A stretch of DNA of 63,831 bases from Patescibacteria group bacterium (GCA_041660305.1 JBAZWO010000007.1:1-63831); one strand, 5' to 3'. Positions 7,720-18,690 are shown, counted from the first letter of the stretch. Numbers and translations are program-made. Notes: generated by a model not told the origin, from the letters alone.

Positions 7720-8380
7720 GTGTAATTGCTCCATTGTTTTTAAAAACGCACTTCGCAAACAGAGTAGAGCAGTAGACGCGACTACCCTAATTGAATATAG
7801 TTAATATATCCAATTTATAAATATGCTTAATATTAGTCAAAAACAAATGACTAATGAAAAAAATAAAAAGTGAAAATAATTTACATCCGATAATAGCATA
7901 TATACCGTCCAGTAGGGCGGCGAAAGATAGAACAATGAAATACCCCCTCTCCTCCCTTATATTATTGAAATACTAACTGGTAAAGATAGCACTTGGAAGT
8001 ATTGGACATTGCTTATAATCGTGAAAAACTTGGATAAACAAACAAGTAGAGAATTAATGAATGTTTTAGATAAACTGGCAAAGCACCCGACAAAAGAAGA
8101 TTTGTTAGAGGAAATTCCCGAGTTAGCCAAAGAAATATTAACGGCGCAGGAATAATATTATGTGTTATACATTAGACAAACTGTTTAAAGAACACAGTAC
8201 ATAATTTGTAGCAATTTTTTTCTCATAAATAATTATTACCTTCATATATATTATAGGCTTCACAATAGCGGGCCTTTAATTAAACCCAACTCACCCAAAA
8301 TGAAAAACCATCTCTAAAGTTTATGCTATACTACATACAGGACACTGTTTGTTTATTACCAATTATTAACCATATTCTAT

Positions 8381-9307
8381 ATGTCAAACAAAGTAACCAT
8401 CATCGGCGCTGGCAATGTCGGCTCGGCCACGGCTTTTACACTAGCTTTATCAGGCACGGCCGAAGAAATTGTTTTGCTGGATACTAATTTAGCCAAAGCG
8501 CAAGGAGAAGTAATGGATATTGAACACGGCAGTTCTTTTTTGCCCCATGTGCAATTAACTGCCACCAAGTCTTTTATTGATATCAAACAATCTAATGTGG
8601 TAATTATAACGGCTGGAGCCAAGCAAACGCCCGGCGAAACCAGACTAGATTTACTCAAACATAATGCCGCCGTTACAAAAGACGTGGTTTTAAACATCAA
8701 GCGCTACGCGCCTAATTGCGTAATTTTAGTAGTGGTAAATCCAGTAGATATATTAACTTATTTGGCTTATAAGTATTCTAGCTTTCCAAAACAACGCGTG
8801 TTTGGTTCTGGCACGGTATTAGATACCGCCCGCTTTCGTAGTTATTTAGCCAAACATTTTAATATTAACTCTCATAATGTGCACGCTTATATTATGGGTG
8901 AACATGGCGACAGTTCGTTCCCTATGCTAAGCACCGCCGATATTGGCTCTATTCCTCTTACTAAATTCCCTGGTTACAGCCAAACCATGATTAAACGCTT
9001 ACACCAAAAGGTAGTAAAAGCTGCTTATAATATCATTCAAAAGAAAGGCTACACTAATCATGCTATTGCTATTTGTGTTAATCAGTTAGTGCATGCCATT
9101 CTTAACGACACTCGTGAAATTTTCTGTGTCTCTTCCGTGCAGCAAGGAACGTATCACTTGAAAAACATTGCTCTTAGTACACCAGCAATACTTGGTAAAA
9201 ATGGCATAGAGCAAGAACTGATCTTGCCGCTAAATCGTAGCGAACAAGCTACTCTGCAAAAATCGGCCAAAATTCTTAAAAAAGCACTGGCGTTGATCAA
9301 AAATTAA
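8381..9307 (+). CDS. ldh: L-lactate dehydrogenase
   Basis: GAGNVGS Rossmann motif. AGAKQTPGETRLDL has Gln at the LDH/MDH discriminating position. GEHGDS motif. Confidence 0.85.
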   Translation: MSNKVTIIGAGNVGSATAFTLALSGTAEEIVLLDTNLAKAQGEVMDIEHGSSFLPHVQLTATKSFIDIKQSNVVIITAGAKQTPGETRLDLLKHNAAVTKDVVLNIKRYAPNCVILVVVNPVDILTYLAYKYSSFPKQRVFGSGTVLDTARFRSYLAKHFNINSHNVHAYIMGEHGDSSFPMLSTADIGSIPLTKFPGYSQTMIKRLHQKVVKAAYNIIQKKGYTNHAIAICVNQLVHAILNDTREIFCVSSVQQGTYHLKNIALSTPAILGKNGIEQELILPLNRSEQATLQKSAKILKKALALIKN

Positions 9308-9313
9308 AAATCA

Positions 9314-9583
9314 ATGAACAGCGGAAAATACATTGCCCTAATATTATTGATTATTTATGGCTCATTTATTGGAACTATTACTATTATATCCGTAAATAAA
9401 ATATTCACCGCCATAAAAACAGGCATGGTTTACGCCATGTATAAAAAACCTAATCCGCATCCATATTACAGAACAAAACAACCGATTAGTTTTTGGTTTA
9501 TAATATTGCTAGATATTTTGCTAAATATTTTATTAATCTATATATTAATAAAATTAATTGTCTTTATATACACTAATTTATAA
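9314..9583 (+). CDS. Hypothetical small membrane protein
   Basis: ORF track. Two hydrophobic helices. Confidence 0.45.
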   Translation: MNSGKYIALILLIIYGSFIGTITIISVNKIFTAIKTGMVYAMYKKPNPHPYYRTKQPISFWFIILLDILLNILLIYILIKLIVFIYTNL

Positions 9584-9604
9584 ACATATTAAACTTTTTA
9601 TAAT

Positions 9605-10006
9605 ATGGATACTTTTCAAACTAATATATTTATACTAATTGTTTTTTTGATTGATTGTATTTCGGCACTTATATTGACTCTGGTAATCTATAGCGCTTTA
9701 TTTAAAAAACATAAAACCTCTCGAAAAATTTTCATACGCTCAGCTATTCTTACAAGCATTGCCATTTTTACAATAAGCTGTGCTTTTATAGTTTTATCAT
9801 CTATTCCAATGCTTAATTTTATTGATCGTTGTAAACCAGCTGGAGAAGAAATGTGTACAGACAAACGAGCTTATTCCGAAGTTTACGCAGATATTCATTT
9901 AGATTTAATTAAACTCTCAATGCTTTATATTGTTATTCCAAACTTACTCGGACCCACTGTTTTATTGCTAATATATTTTGCTAGAAAACACCAAACAGCC
10001 GCCTAA
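9605..10006 (+). CDS. Hypothetical membrane protein
   Basis: ORF track. Four hydrophobic helices. Confidence 0.45.
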   Translation: MDTFQTNIFILIVFLIDCISALILTLVIYSALFKKHKTSRKIFIRSAILTSIAIFTISCAFIVLSSIPMLNFIDRCKPAGEEMCTDKRAYSEVYADIHLDLIKLSMLYIVIPNLLGPTVLLLIYFARKHQTAA

Positions 10007-10026
10007 ATTCAGGCGGCTGTTTTTTT
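9995..10026. terminator. Rho-independent terminator (potentially bidirectional)
   Basis: ACAGCCGCCT, 6-nt loop, AGGCGGCTGT, then a T6 run. It lies between convergent genes. Confidence 0.8.
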
Positions 10027-10050
10027 GAAAACTATTTTTTAAAACGAGAT

Positions 10051-11343
10051 TTATTTTTTAGTATCACCGGCCGCGTATTTTTTTAACGCTTCCATCACTT
10101 TATCATTGCGTTTTACTGTACGAACATAGGAACGGAATTCTAAACTGTTAATTTTATCAGCATAATCAGCGGCGTCTTTGTACATGGTCTGATACTGTTT
10201 TACTTGCTCATCAATTTCGGCTTCACTAACTTCTACTTTTTCTAATTCGCCAACTAATTTTAGAATTAACGCTCCTTTAATTCGTTGCTCGGCTTTAGTT
10301 TTCCAGGCGGTACGTAATTCGGCTTCGGTTTTTTTAATGTGCTTGAGATAATCCTCGTATTTGGCGCCTTGTTGCTCTATTTCTTGTTTTAACTCTTGAA
10401 GCATTCTATCTAATTCGGATTGTAACATGGGCTCTGGAATAGGATCGAACTCACCTTGTTTGATTAAGTCTTCAATAATGGCCGTTTCAAATACACGATT
10501 AGCTTCTTGTTCTAGTTCTTTGGCAATGTTTTCTCGAATGGCTTTTTCTAAATCGGTTAACGAATTAAATTTTAACGTTTTGGCTAACGCGTCATTCAAT
10601 TCCGGTAAGGTTACTTCTTGCACGGCTTCTACGGTAGCCGTTACATCGCATTCGCGACCAGCTAAATGTTTAGTACCGTATTCTTTTGGAAAGGTTACTT
10701 TAAAATTTTTGGTGTCTTTGGCTTTCATGCCGACCAGTTGCTCTTCAAAACCGGGAATAAACGTGTGCTCGCCTAAGGTAACTGGCACGTGTTTGCCTTG
10801 ACCACCTTCTACGGCTACTCCGGCTAACGTGATGGCAAACTCAATTACCGCTTTGTCGCCCGTTTTGGCAGCACGCTCTACTGGTTTGGACACGGCTTGC
10901 ATTTTGCGTAACTGTTCTAAGGTTTGCTTATATTTCTTTTCATCTACAGTAACTGGTTTTTTCTTAGCAGATATTTTTTTATAATCTTTTAACGTTACGG
11001 TAGGCATTAAGGCAAATTCGGCCGTATAAATTAAGGCATTGCCTGGCGCCACTTGTTCAATAGCAATATTCGGCTGACCAACAAAATCTATTTTTTCTTT
11101 TTGCACGGCTTGCGGTAAGGTAGCATCAATTACCAAGCGAGCGGCTTCTTGATAAATATCCATTTCGCCAATTTTATTTTTCAAGATTTCATATGTAACG
11201 TGCCCTGGTCTAAATCCTGGAATTTTTACTTCTTGAGAAATACGCTTGACCGCTTTGTCTAAAAACGGTTTTAAATCAACTACTGGAATTTCAATTTTTA
11301 ATTTAACCGTTGTTTTAGCGGGTTGCTCACGAACTATATTCAT
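10051..11343 (-). CDS. tig: Trigger factor
   Basis: 430 aa. N-terminal ribosome-binding motif GFRPGH, central PPIase-like region and a C-terminal helical domain. Confidence 0.9.
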   Translation of the reverse strand: MNIVREQPAKTTVKLKIEIPVVDLKPFLDKAVKRISQEVKIPGFRPGHVTYEILKNKIGEMDIYQEAARLVIDATLPQAVQKEKIDFVGQPNIAIEQVAPGNALIYTAEFALMPTVTLKDYKKISAKKKPVTVDEKKYKQTLEQLRKMQAVSKPVERAAKTGDKAVIEFAITLAGVAVEGGQGKHVPVTLGEHTFIPGFEEQLVGMKAKDTKNFKVTFPKEYGTKHLAGRECDVTATVEAVQEVTLPELNDALAKTLKFNSLTDLEKAIRENIAKELEQEANRVFETAIIEDLIKQGEFDPIPEPMLQSELDRMLQELKQEIEQQGAKYEDYLKHIKKTEAELRTAWKTKAEQRIKGALILKLVGELEKVEVSEAEIDEQVKQYQTMYKDAADYADKINSLEFRSYVRTVKRNDKVMEALKKYAAGDTKK

Positions 11344-11370
11344 ATATCAATTACATTTATTATTTAGAGA

Positions 11371-11401
11371 CACAACCCCCGGGTTTAACCCGGGGGTTGT
11401 G
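11371..11401 (-). terminator. 13-bp perfect GC-rich hairpin downstream of hppA
   Basis: CACAACCCCCGGG, 5-nt loop, CCCGGGGGTTGTG. No clear U-tract follows. Confidence 0.5.
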
Positions 11402-11409
11402 GATTAGAA

Positions 11410-13422
11410 TTATGCCAATAACGCCACTAACAATAACGCTACTACGTTCAACACTTTTATCATAGGATTAATGGCTGGACCGGCTGTGTCTTTATAAGGA
11501 TCACCGACTGTGTCTCCAGTTACAGCGGCGGCATGGGCTTTGGAGCCTTTGCCACCATAATGACCGCCTTCAATATATTTTTTAGCGTTATCCCAAGCAC
11601 CACCGCCGGTAGTCATAGAAATCGCTAAAAATATACCCGTCACAATAGAGCCCATTAATAATCCGCCAACGGCAATTCTGCCAAATACATACCACACAAA
11701 TACTGGGGCTAATACTACAATTAATACCGGCAAGATCATTTGGCGTAGAGCAGCTTTGGTAACAATGTCTACACACGCGGCGTAATCTGGCTTAGCCGTT
11801 CCTTCCATAATACCGGGAATTTCTTTAAATTGTCGCCGCACTTCTGTTACTACCGAGCCGGCCGTTTTACCAACCGCTTGCATACACAGTGCTCCAAAAT
11901 AATAAGTAATCATGCCGCCAATAAATAATCCCACTACTACTTTTGGATCATCTAATAAAAATAATACTGGCTCTTTAGTAACTCTGGCTAAATCTTGACC
12001 ATAAGCACTAAACAATACTAACGCGGCTAAGCCAGCTGAACCAATAGCATAACCTTTAGTAACAGCTTTAGTGGTATTGCCTACCGCGTCTAACGCATCA
12101 GTAACTTTACGTACATCTTCCGATAAACCGGCCATTTCTGCGATACCACCGGCATTATCCGTAATTGGTCCAAAGGCATCAATGGTTACAATAATACCCG
12201 TCATGGATAACATGGCCATGGCCGCAATCGCTATGCCGTATAAACCGGCTAATGAGTACGCGGCTAAAATAGCCAACACAATTACAATTACCGGAGCGGC
12301 TGTAGATTTTAACGAAATCGCTAAACCTTGAATAACATTGGTACCGTGTCCTGATTCCGCTGCCGCCGCAATGGATTTTACCGGTTCATAACGCGTAGCT
12401 GTGTAATATTCAGTAATTACAATTAACGCGGCTGTAACACCTAAACCTACCAAAGCTGATAAATATAGTTGCCAAGTGGTGTATAAGCTACCAGTCATTA
12501 ATTGTTTCGTAATCGGGTAAAACGCTACCGCCGCTAATACGCCCGCTACCGCCAAACCTTTATATAGCGCGCCCATAATATTATTATTGTGCCCTAATTT
12601 AATAAACCAGGTACCAATAATGGAAGTAATAATAGATACGCCGCCAATTAATAATGGAAACAACACGAAGTTATTGCTTAAATTATCTGTAGCCGCTCCC
12701 GTTAATAACGATCCTATTATCATAGCCGCTACAGAAGTTACCGCGTATGTTTCAAATAAATCAGCTGCCATACCAGCACAGTCACCTACGTTATCGCCTA
12801 CGTTATCGGCAATCACGGCTGGATTACGCGGATCATCTTCTGGAATACCGGCTTCCACTTTACCAACTAAATCGGCACCTACATCGGCCGCTTTGGTAAA
12901 AATACCACCGCCTAGCCGGGCAAAAATGGAAATTAAACTACCACCAAAGCCTAAACCTACTAAAGCTGGAACGTTACCACCGGATAACCAGAAAAAACTC
13001 GTTACTCCTAATAAGCCTAAACCTACTACTAATAAACCAGTTACCGCACCACCTTGCGTAGCCACGCGCATACTAGCACTCATGCCTTCCGTAGCCGCTT
13101 GCGCTGTGCGCACATTCGCTCTAACCGATACGTTCATGCCGATATAACCAGCTAACGCTGAAAAAATAGCGCCTACAGCAAAGCCTAATGCCAATGGTAA
13201 ATCAAGCACTAACCACAATAACACAAATAACACCGTAGCGATTACGGCTACTGTGCGATACTGCCGATTTAAATAAGCCGCCGCTCCTTGTTGAATGGCT
13301 TTAGCAATTGTCTGCATTTTTTCGTTACCGGCTGGGTATTGATTTACTTTCCAAGCTAATAGCATGCCGTAGCTAATAGCTAATATAGAAGCGAGAAGAG
13401 AAAATAATATTACTCCGTTCAT
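11410..13422 (-). CDS. hppA: Membrane-bound proton/sodium-translocating pyrophosphatase
   Basis: 670 aa polytopic protein. [15 protein letters not shown] and DNVGDNVGD motifs. Confidence 0.93.
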   Translation of the reverse strand: MNGVILFSLLASILAISYGMLLAWKVNQYPAGNEKMQTIAKAIQQGAAAYLNRQYRTVAVIATVLFVLLWLVLDLPLALGFAVGAIFSALAGYIGMNVSVRANVRTAQAATEGMSASMRVATQGGAVTGLLVVGLGLLGVTSFFWLSGGNVPALVGLGFGGSLISIFARLGGGIFTKAADVGADLVGKVEAGIPEDDPRNPAVIADNVGDNVGDCAGMAADLFETYAVTSVAAMIIGSLLTGAATDNLSNNFVLFPLLIGGVSIITSIIGTWFIKLGHNNNIMGALYKGLAVAGVLAAVAFYPITKQLMTGSLYTTWQLYLSALVGLGVTAALIVITEYYTATRYEPVKSIAAAAESGHGTNVIQGLAISLKSTAAPVIVIVLAILAAYSLAGLYGIAIAAMAMLSMTGIIVTIDAFGPITDNAGGIAEMAGLSEDVRKVTDALDAVGNTTKAVTKGYAIGSAGLAALVLFSAYGQDLARVTKEPVLFLLDDPKVVVGLFIGGMITYYFGALCMQAVGKTAGSVVTEVRRQFKEIPGIMEGTAKPDYAACVDIVTKAALRQMILPVLIVVLAPVFVWYVFGRIAVGGLLMGSIVTGIFLAISMTTGGGAWDNAKKYIEGGHYGGKGSKAHAAAVTGDTVGDPYKDTAGPAINPMIKVLNVVALLLVALLA

Positions 13423-13430
13423 AACTTTAA

Positions 13431-14759
13431 TTAATTGTTAATTTCATTAATTGTTGTTTTATCTGTACTTTTTGAATTTTCTTCAGCATTTTTGACTTTC
13501 TTATCAGTGCCATCAGCTGTTTTATCAGAATTTTCAGTGTTTCCATCGCTATTAGCCTCTGGTGTAGCAGATTTGTTAATATCAATCGACCAACCAGTTA
13601 AATGAGAAGCTAGGCGAACATTTTGTCCACTGCGGCCGATGGCTAACGAGAATTGATCTTCGTTCACTTCAGCTATCGCTACTTTTTCCGCTTCTTTTAA
13701 AGTAACGTTAAATATTTTAGCTGGACTTAAGGCATGAATAATGAATTGAACCTGGTCTTCATTATATTGAATAATATCAATTTTCTCGCCGCCTAGTTCA
13801 TTAATAATAGTTTGCACACGAGTACCACGTTGTCCTACGCAAGAACCAATTGGATCAATTGAAGCATCAGTAGCCGCTACAGCAATTTTAGTACGAGAGC
13901 CGGCTTCACGCGCTACGCCTTTAATTTCTACTAAACCAGCTCCAATTTCTGGAACTTCCGCTTTAAACATCGCTGAAACTAAATTAGCACTGGAACGTGA
14001 TGCCACGATTTCTGGTCCACGATTTGTTTTTTCAATCGAGAGCAATAATACTTTAATTCGTTGCCCTGGTTTATACACTTCATTACGCACTTGTTCCGAT
14101 GGCGGCATTACCGCAATGGCCTGGCCTAAATCTACAAACACAATTTTACCCTCTACTCGTTGAATCATGGCGTTAATAATTTCACCGCTACGATCTTTGT
14201 ATAAATTGAACAACGTTTCACGTTCAGCTTCACGCAATTTTTGAATAATTACTTGTTTAGCTGTTTGTGCAGCCATTCGGCCAAATTCTTCCGGCACTTC
14301 TAATTCATCCCGAATTTCATCACCCAATTCAATACTGTCATCTTCTTTTTTAGCCTCGCTTAAAGCAATGTCGGTTTTTGGATTGAAGCGTGGTTTGACT
14401 TCTTCTATTATTTCATTAGTTGTATTTGGTTTTTTTCTGTCTTTAAAATCCTGTGTAGTCCCAAAACTTGGGGACGAAGCAGATTCAGCTAGTAAACCCT
14501 GCTCTTTTTCTTCTTTTTCTTTTAGATACTCATTATACAATTCATCTTCTACTACCGTACTTACCTCAAAAATACGCATTGTACCGGTATGTGGATTAAA
14601 TTCTGCTCGAATATCTTTACCCTTCTTGCTCATCTCTTTACGATAAGCCACCGCCAAAGCGGCCTCAATGGTCGTTACCACCGATTCAAAAGGAATACCT
14701 TTTTCCTCACAAATCTGCTTAATGGCAGCACCAATTTCTTTCACATCAATGTTTGGCAT
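13431..14759 (-). CDS. nusA: Transcription termination/antitermination factor NusA
   Basis: N-terminal domain, S1 domain, and KH domains ([12 protein letters not shown]). An extra acidic/polar insertion of roughly 50 aa sits in the N-terminal domain, and there is a polar C-terminal tail. Confidence 0.9.
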   Translation of the reverse strand: MPNIDVKEIGAAIKQICEEKGIPFESVVTTIEAALAVAYRKEMSKKGKDIRAEFNPHTGTMRIFEVSTVVEDELYNEYLKEKEEKEQGLLAESASSPSFGTTQDFKDRKKPNTTNEIIEEVKPRFNPKTDIALSEAKKEDDSIELGDEIRDELEVPEEFGRMAAQTAKQVIIQKLREAERETLFNLYKDRSGEIINAMIQRVEGKIVFVDLGQAIAVMPPSEQVRNEVYKPGQRIKVLLLSIEKTNRGPEIVASRSSANLVSAMFKAEVPEIGAGLVEIKGVAREAGSRTKIAVAATDASIDPIGSCVGQRGTRVQTIINELGGEKIDIIQYNEDQVQFIIHALSPAKIFNVTLKEAEKVAIAEVNEDQFSLAIGRSGQNVRLASHLTGWSIDINKSATPEANSDGNTENSDKTADGTDKKVKNAEENSKSTDKTTINEINN

Positions 14760-14777
14760 AATAAATAAATTAACTAA

Positions 14778-14808
14778 TAAAAAAAGTAGTATCGTTTAAA
14801 ATACTACT
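14778..14808 (-). terminator. Rho-independent terminator after yraN
   Basis: On the minus strand: AGTAGTAT, 8-nt loop, ATACTACT, then a T-run. Confidence 0.6.
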
Positions 14809-14849
14809 ATAAACAGAGTATAGCGATGAATAGGCATGGTTGTCAAATT

Positions 14850-15206
14850 TTATATTACCTGTGGCAAACACTCAATTGTAACCGGCTTATTCGGTAACAT
14901 GATAATACCAATCACGCCTACGGCTAAAGCTTGATACGATAACGAATGGCGGCTTAAATAAACACTGGCCACGCCTTTTATTTTTTGAATTTTGCGGCGC
15001 GATATCGCATGAAATGGATGCCCATAACGTAAGGTTTTTCTGGTTTTTACTTCAAAGAAATAAATCGTATTATTTTTTTGGGCAATAATATCTATTTCTC
15101 CCCAACGCACAAAAAAATTGGTATCTAAAATATTATAGCCTTTTTCTTTTAAATAATTTGTGGCTAAATGCTCCCCATCATGACCAGTTTGATGTTGTTG
15201 ATACAT
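14850..15206 (-). CDS. yraN: YraN-family (UPF0102) endonuclease-like protein
   Basis: GEIDIIA and FFEVKTR motifs. Confidence 0.8.
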   Translation of the reverse strand: MYQQHQTGHDGEHLATNYLKEKGYNILDTNFFVRWGEIDIIAQKNNTIYFFEVKTRKTLRYGHPFHAISRRKIQKIKGVASVYLSRHSLSYQALAVGVIGIIMLPNKPVTIECLPQVI

Positions 15207-15298
15207 AAAATATTAAATTAATAATAAATTAAACCAAAAACAAACATCCAGTGGTTGGATATTTGTTTAATTTGTTAAATAGCTATTTAATTTTAGTA

Positions 15299-15847
15299 TT
15301 ATTTCACTAACACAAGACCCCAATGATATTGACCAGCCTCAAATTCATTTTCAATCCGTAAGCCTAGTTCATTGGCATATTGTTTTATCTCTTCAATCTG
15401 CACGCGTAATTGTTCGCCGGGTCCTAAGGCCATTTTTATGCCCGGCTTCCAATCGGCCACAATTAATTTTCCACCCGGCCGAATCATGCGCATACTTTCC
15501 TGTAAAATTGCTTTGCGTTGTTTGGATTGAAATAACACGGTTACTAAAAATGCGGCAGCTAATATGTTATCACGAATAGCTCGTGTGGCATTATAAATCT
15601 CTAAATTACTCCACACCGTTTGAATATTATTTAATCCCTGCATGCGCGCTTTGGTAGCTACGGCCGGTAAAATATCTTTTACCACATCTACCGCATACAC
15701 TATTCCGCTATCGCCCACTAAACGGCTAACTAACACGGCCATTTTACCTTCACGCCCCGTACCTAAATCGGCCACTTTATCACCTGGTTTTAATTCGGCA
15801 TATTTAATTAACGCCGGTAAATCGATAATCACTGTTGATGAAATCAT
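15299..15847 (-). CDS. Class I SAM-dependent methyltransferase
   Basis: VADLGTG motif I. PGGKLIV post-motif. Confidence 0.75.
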   Translation of the reverse strand: MISSTVIIDLPALIKYAELKPGDKVADLGTGREGKMAVLVSRLVGDSGIVYAVDVVKDILPAVATKARMQGLNNIQTVWSNLEIYNATRAIRDNILAAAFLVTVLFQSKQRKAILQESMRMIRPGGKLIVADWKPGIKMALGPGEQLRVQIEEIKQYANELGLRIENEFEAGQYHWGLVLVK

Positions 15848-15850
15848 AAC

Positions 15851-16447
15851 TTATTTAGTATACTCCAGCCGTTTAATCGGAGCAAACGAACACCGGTGCC
15901 AAATGCTCACACCAAATTTTTTTAAATTTTTCTGATGCAATGCCGTGCCATAGCCTTTATGCTGAGCAAAGCCATAATACCCAGATTGATTATGCAACAT
16001 GCATAATAAACGATCCCTAGTAACTTTGGCTAAAATAGATGCTGCGGCAATATTATAGCTTAACGCATCGCCGTGAATAATTTGTTGTGTATTTTCAATT
16101 TTAAAACCATCTACTAACACTACGTCTGGTTGGGCTGGTAAGTTTGTTATTGCTTTAATTAACGCTAATTTATTTGCCTGATGTAAACCGATTTTATCAA
16201 TTTCTGCCGGCGTAATACAAACTATCGACCAGTTAATGACCGTTTGCATAATAACATGGTAAAGCGTTAATCGTTTTTTAGCGGTTATTTTTTTTGAATC
16301 ATCAATGCTAAGAATAATCGGCTGCTGTGGCATAATTACCGCCGCCGCTACCAACGGCCCTGCCCACGCCCCTCGCCCCGCTTCATCAACTCCAGCAATT
16401 AACTTGTAGCCTTGTTTATAATATTGTTTATCAATATTTTTGCGCAT
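15851..16447 (-). CDS. rnhB: Ribonuclease HII
   Basis: GVDEAGRGAWAGPLV catalytic motif. Confidence 0.9.
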   Translation of the reverse strand: MRKNIDKQYYKQGYKLIAGVDEAGRGAWAGPLVAAAVIMPQQPIILSIDDSKKITAKKRLTLYHVIMQTVINWSIVCITPAEIDKIGLHQANKLALIKAITNLPAQPDVVLVDGFKIENTQQIIHGDALSYNIAAASILAKVTRDRLLCMLHNQSGYYGFAQHKGYGTALHQKNLKKFGVSIWHRCSFAPIKRLEYTK

Positions 16448-16468
16448 TCATTTTCATTGTAACATAAA

Positions 16469-16572
16469 CTACCTCTCCCCCTAGCCCCCTCTCCTATTAG
16501 GAGAGGGGGAAATAATCTAATTGCATTGTCCCCTTTCTCCTGGTTAGGAGAAAGGGCTGGGGATAGAGGTAG
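16469..16572. other. G/C-rich nested-hairpin element (three-way junction)
   Basis: Outer stem CTACCTCT-CCCC / GGGG-AT-AGAGGTAG encloses two 10-bp perfect hairpins (16485-16509 and 16531-16556) with related arms. Confidence 0.6.
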
Positions 16573-16608
16573 GTAGTATTGTATGATGAAATATGATATA
16601 TTGTTGAC

Positions 16609-17433
16609 ATGATAAAAAAAGTCGGAAAAGATCGTTTAACAATAACCATGAGCGAGGACGTGCTGTCTAAATTAGATAAATATATTGACGGTGATAAAAT
16701 ACGTAATCGTTCACACGCTATTGAGTATATTGTTAGTCACCATTTAGGCACTGACGTGTCCACTTGCGTTATTTTAGCCGGTGGCAGTCCAGATCAAAGC
16801 ATCAAGCCATTATTACGCATTAAAAACCGACCAATTATTGCTTACACCATAGAATTATTACGTCAGGCTAATATTAGAAATATTATTATGGTAATTAATA
16901 GTGATAACCAAGACATTAAAAAATATCTTGGCGATGGGTCGCAATGGAAAGTGGCTATTACTTACATTGAAGATAAATCCGGTCAAGGCACGGCAGTTGC
17001 TCTAAAATTAGCTCAACAATACATAACCGGATCGTTTTTGTTACTATATGGTGATGTATTGGTAAATATTGATTTACAAGAGTTTATTCAATATCACAAA
17101 GCATTGGATCGTGTTGCAGCTACATTAGCCGTTACGGCTTGTACTAACCCATCACATTATGGAGTAACTGAACTACAAGGGCATTATATTTTACGTTTAA
17201 TTGAAAAACCCGCTTCTTACAATAAATCTAATTTAGTATTTGCCGGTTTAGCCATTTGTGAGCCACAATTATTTGATTATTTATTACAACCAGAAAAACG
17301 TTCCGATTTAACCCGTGATATACTACCAGATTTAGCTCATCGCGGCCAAATTGCGGGCTATCCGTTTTCTGGCAAATGGTTCGATGTGTCTTACCCCGAA
17401 GAATACGAGCGTGCCAGACAAGAATGGATTTAA
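16609..17433 (+). CDS. Ribbon-helix-helix (CopG/NikR-like) domain fused to a sugar-phosphate nucleotidyltransferase
   Basis: N-terminal RLTITMSEDVLSKLDKYI...RSHAIEYIV, then VILAGGS...RPII and LYGDVL nucleotidyltransferase motifs. Confidence 0.7.
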   Translation: MIKKVGKDRLTITMSEDVLSKLDKYIDGDKIRNRSHAIEYIVSHHLGTDVSTCVILAGGSPDQSIKPLLRIKNRPIIAYTIELLRQANIRNIIMVINSDNQDIKKYLGDGSQWKVAITYIEDKSGQGTAVALKLAQQYITGSFLLLYGDVLVNIDLQEFIQYHKALDRVAATLAVTACTNPSHYGVTELQGHYILRLIEKPASYNKSNLVFAGLAICEPQLFDYLLQPEKRSDLTRDILPDLAHRGQIAGYPFSGKWFDVSYPEEYERARQEWI

Positions 17434-18690
17434 TTATCCGTTCGCTATGCCCTTGGCTAACATAGCCTGTTCAATTCTGCGCGCTGAGTGAATGTAGGCG
17501 GCAGTACGCATATCACAGTTATATTTTACTTTAGCTGCCCAAACCGCGTTAAACGAATCAATCATAATTGGTTCTAATTTTGCCAGCACTTCTTTTTCTG
17601 TCCAATAATAATTATAAGCATTTTGTACTTGTTCAAAGTAAGACACTGTTACGCCACCGGCATTGGATAAAATATCTGGTACTACTACAATATTACGTTT
17701 GATTAAAATTTCATCGGCTTCTGGTGTGGTTGGACCATTCGCTAATTCAACAACCGCTTTAGCATTAATATTACGAGCATTGTCTTTAGTAATTACATTT
17801 TCTAACGCGGCTGGTACTAAAATATCGCATTCTAAGGCTAACACTTGTTCATTAGTAATGGTTTTGGCTTTGGCGTAATTTATTACCGAACCAGTAGCGG
17901 CTTTATGTTTTTCTACAGCCGCTAAATCTAAGCCCTGTTCATTCAAAATTCCACCTTTGGAATCAGATACAGCAATAATTTTATAGCCTTTTTTAGCTAA
18001 AATTTTACCCATGTATGAACCGGCATTACCAAATCCTTGAATAGCTACTTTAGCGCCTTTTTTTAATTTAAGCTTCTTAGCTAATTCTAATACTACATAT
18101 ACACCACCTTGCGCCGTGGAATAACCGCGCCCCTCTGAACCACCTACAGCCAATGGTTTTCCTGTAATCATGCCAGGTAATTGCCGGCCACCATGCAACG
18201 TATTGTATTCGTCAGACATCCAGGCCATAATTTTTGGATTGGTATACACATCTGGAGCTGGTACATCTTTATCTGGACCAACGTCATTGCTGAGTGCTCG
18301 CATAAAAGCACGAGATAACCGTTCTAATTCGCGTTCTGATAATTTTTTAGGATTTACTGTAACGCCACCTTTGCCACCACCTAATGGGATACCAACTGTA
18401 GCGCATTTAAAGGTCATCCAGAATGACAATGCTTTTACTTCATTAATATCAGTATCAGGATGAAAACGAATGCCGCCTTTATTAGGGCCGCGGGAATTAT
18501 CATATTGCACGCGATATCCGGAAAACACTTTTACAGCCCCATTGTCCATACGAATGGGTAATGAAAAATGAATTTCGCGCTTTGGTTGTTTTAAGCGTTC
18601 ATGAACGGTTTTATCTAACCCCATTAGCTTAGCCGCCTTATCTAATTGTTGTAAGGCCGATTGAAACGGATTTACTTTAGTCATAGACAT
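17434..18690 (-). CDS. gdhA: Glutamate dehydrogenase
   Basis: GGGKGG active-site Lys motif. GFGNAGS dinucleotide fold. Confidence 0.92.
   Translation of the reverse strand: MSMTKVNPFQSALQQLDKAAKLMGLDKTVHERLKQPKREIHFSLPIRMDNGAVKVFSGYRVQYDNSRGPNKGGIRFHPDTDINEVKALSFWMTFKCATVGIPLGGGKGGVTVNPKKLSERELERLSRAFMRALSNDVGPDKDVPAPDVYTNPKIMAWMSDEYNTLHGGRQLPGMITGKPLAVGGSEGRGYSTAQGGVYVVLELAKKLKLKKGAKVAIQGFGNAGSYMGKILAKKGYKIIAVSDSKGGILNEQGLDLAAVEKHKAATGSVINYAKAKTITNEQVLALECDILVPAALENVITKDNARNINAKAVVELANGPTTPEADEILIKRNIVVVPDILSNAGGVTVSYFEQVQNAYNYYWTEKEVLAKLEPIMIDSFNAVWAAKVKYNCDMRTAAYIHSARRIEQAMLAKGIANG

Noticed and set aside
8021-8155. 44-codon GTG ORF in the long non-coding gap.
   Set aside because: It is too short, uses a non-ATG start, and has no ribosome-binding site or motif. 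It is mentioned only within the finding on the gap.
10427-13147. Long antisense ORFs inside tig and hppA (for example 10427-10801, 12071-12331 and 12587-13147). Similar ORFs lie inside gdhA, the aminotransferase, infB, dnaN, PBP1A, the ATP-grasp gene, yebC and lpdA.
   Set aside because: Each lies fully inside a well-supported conserved gene on the other strand and has low-complexity or biased composition.
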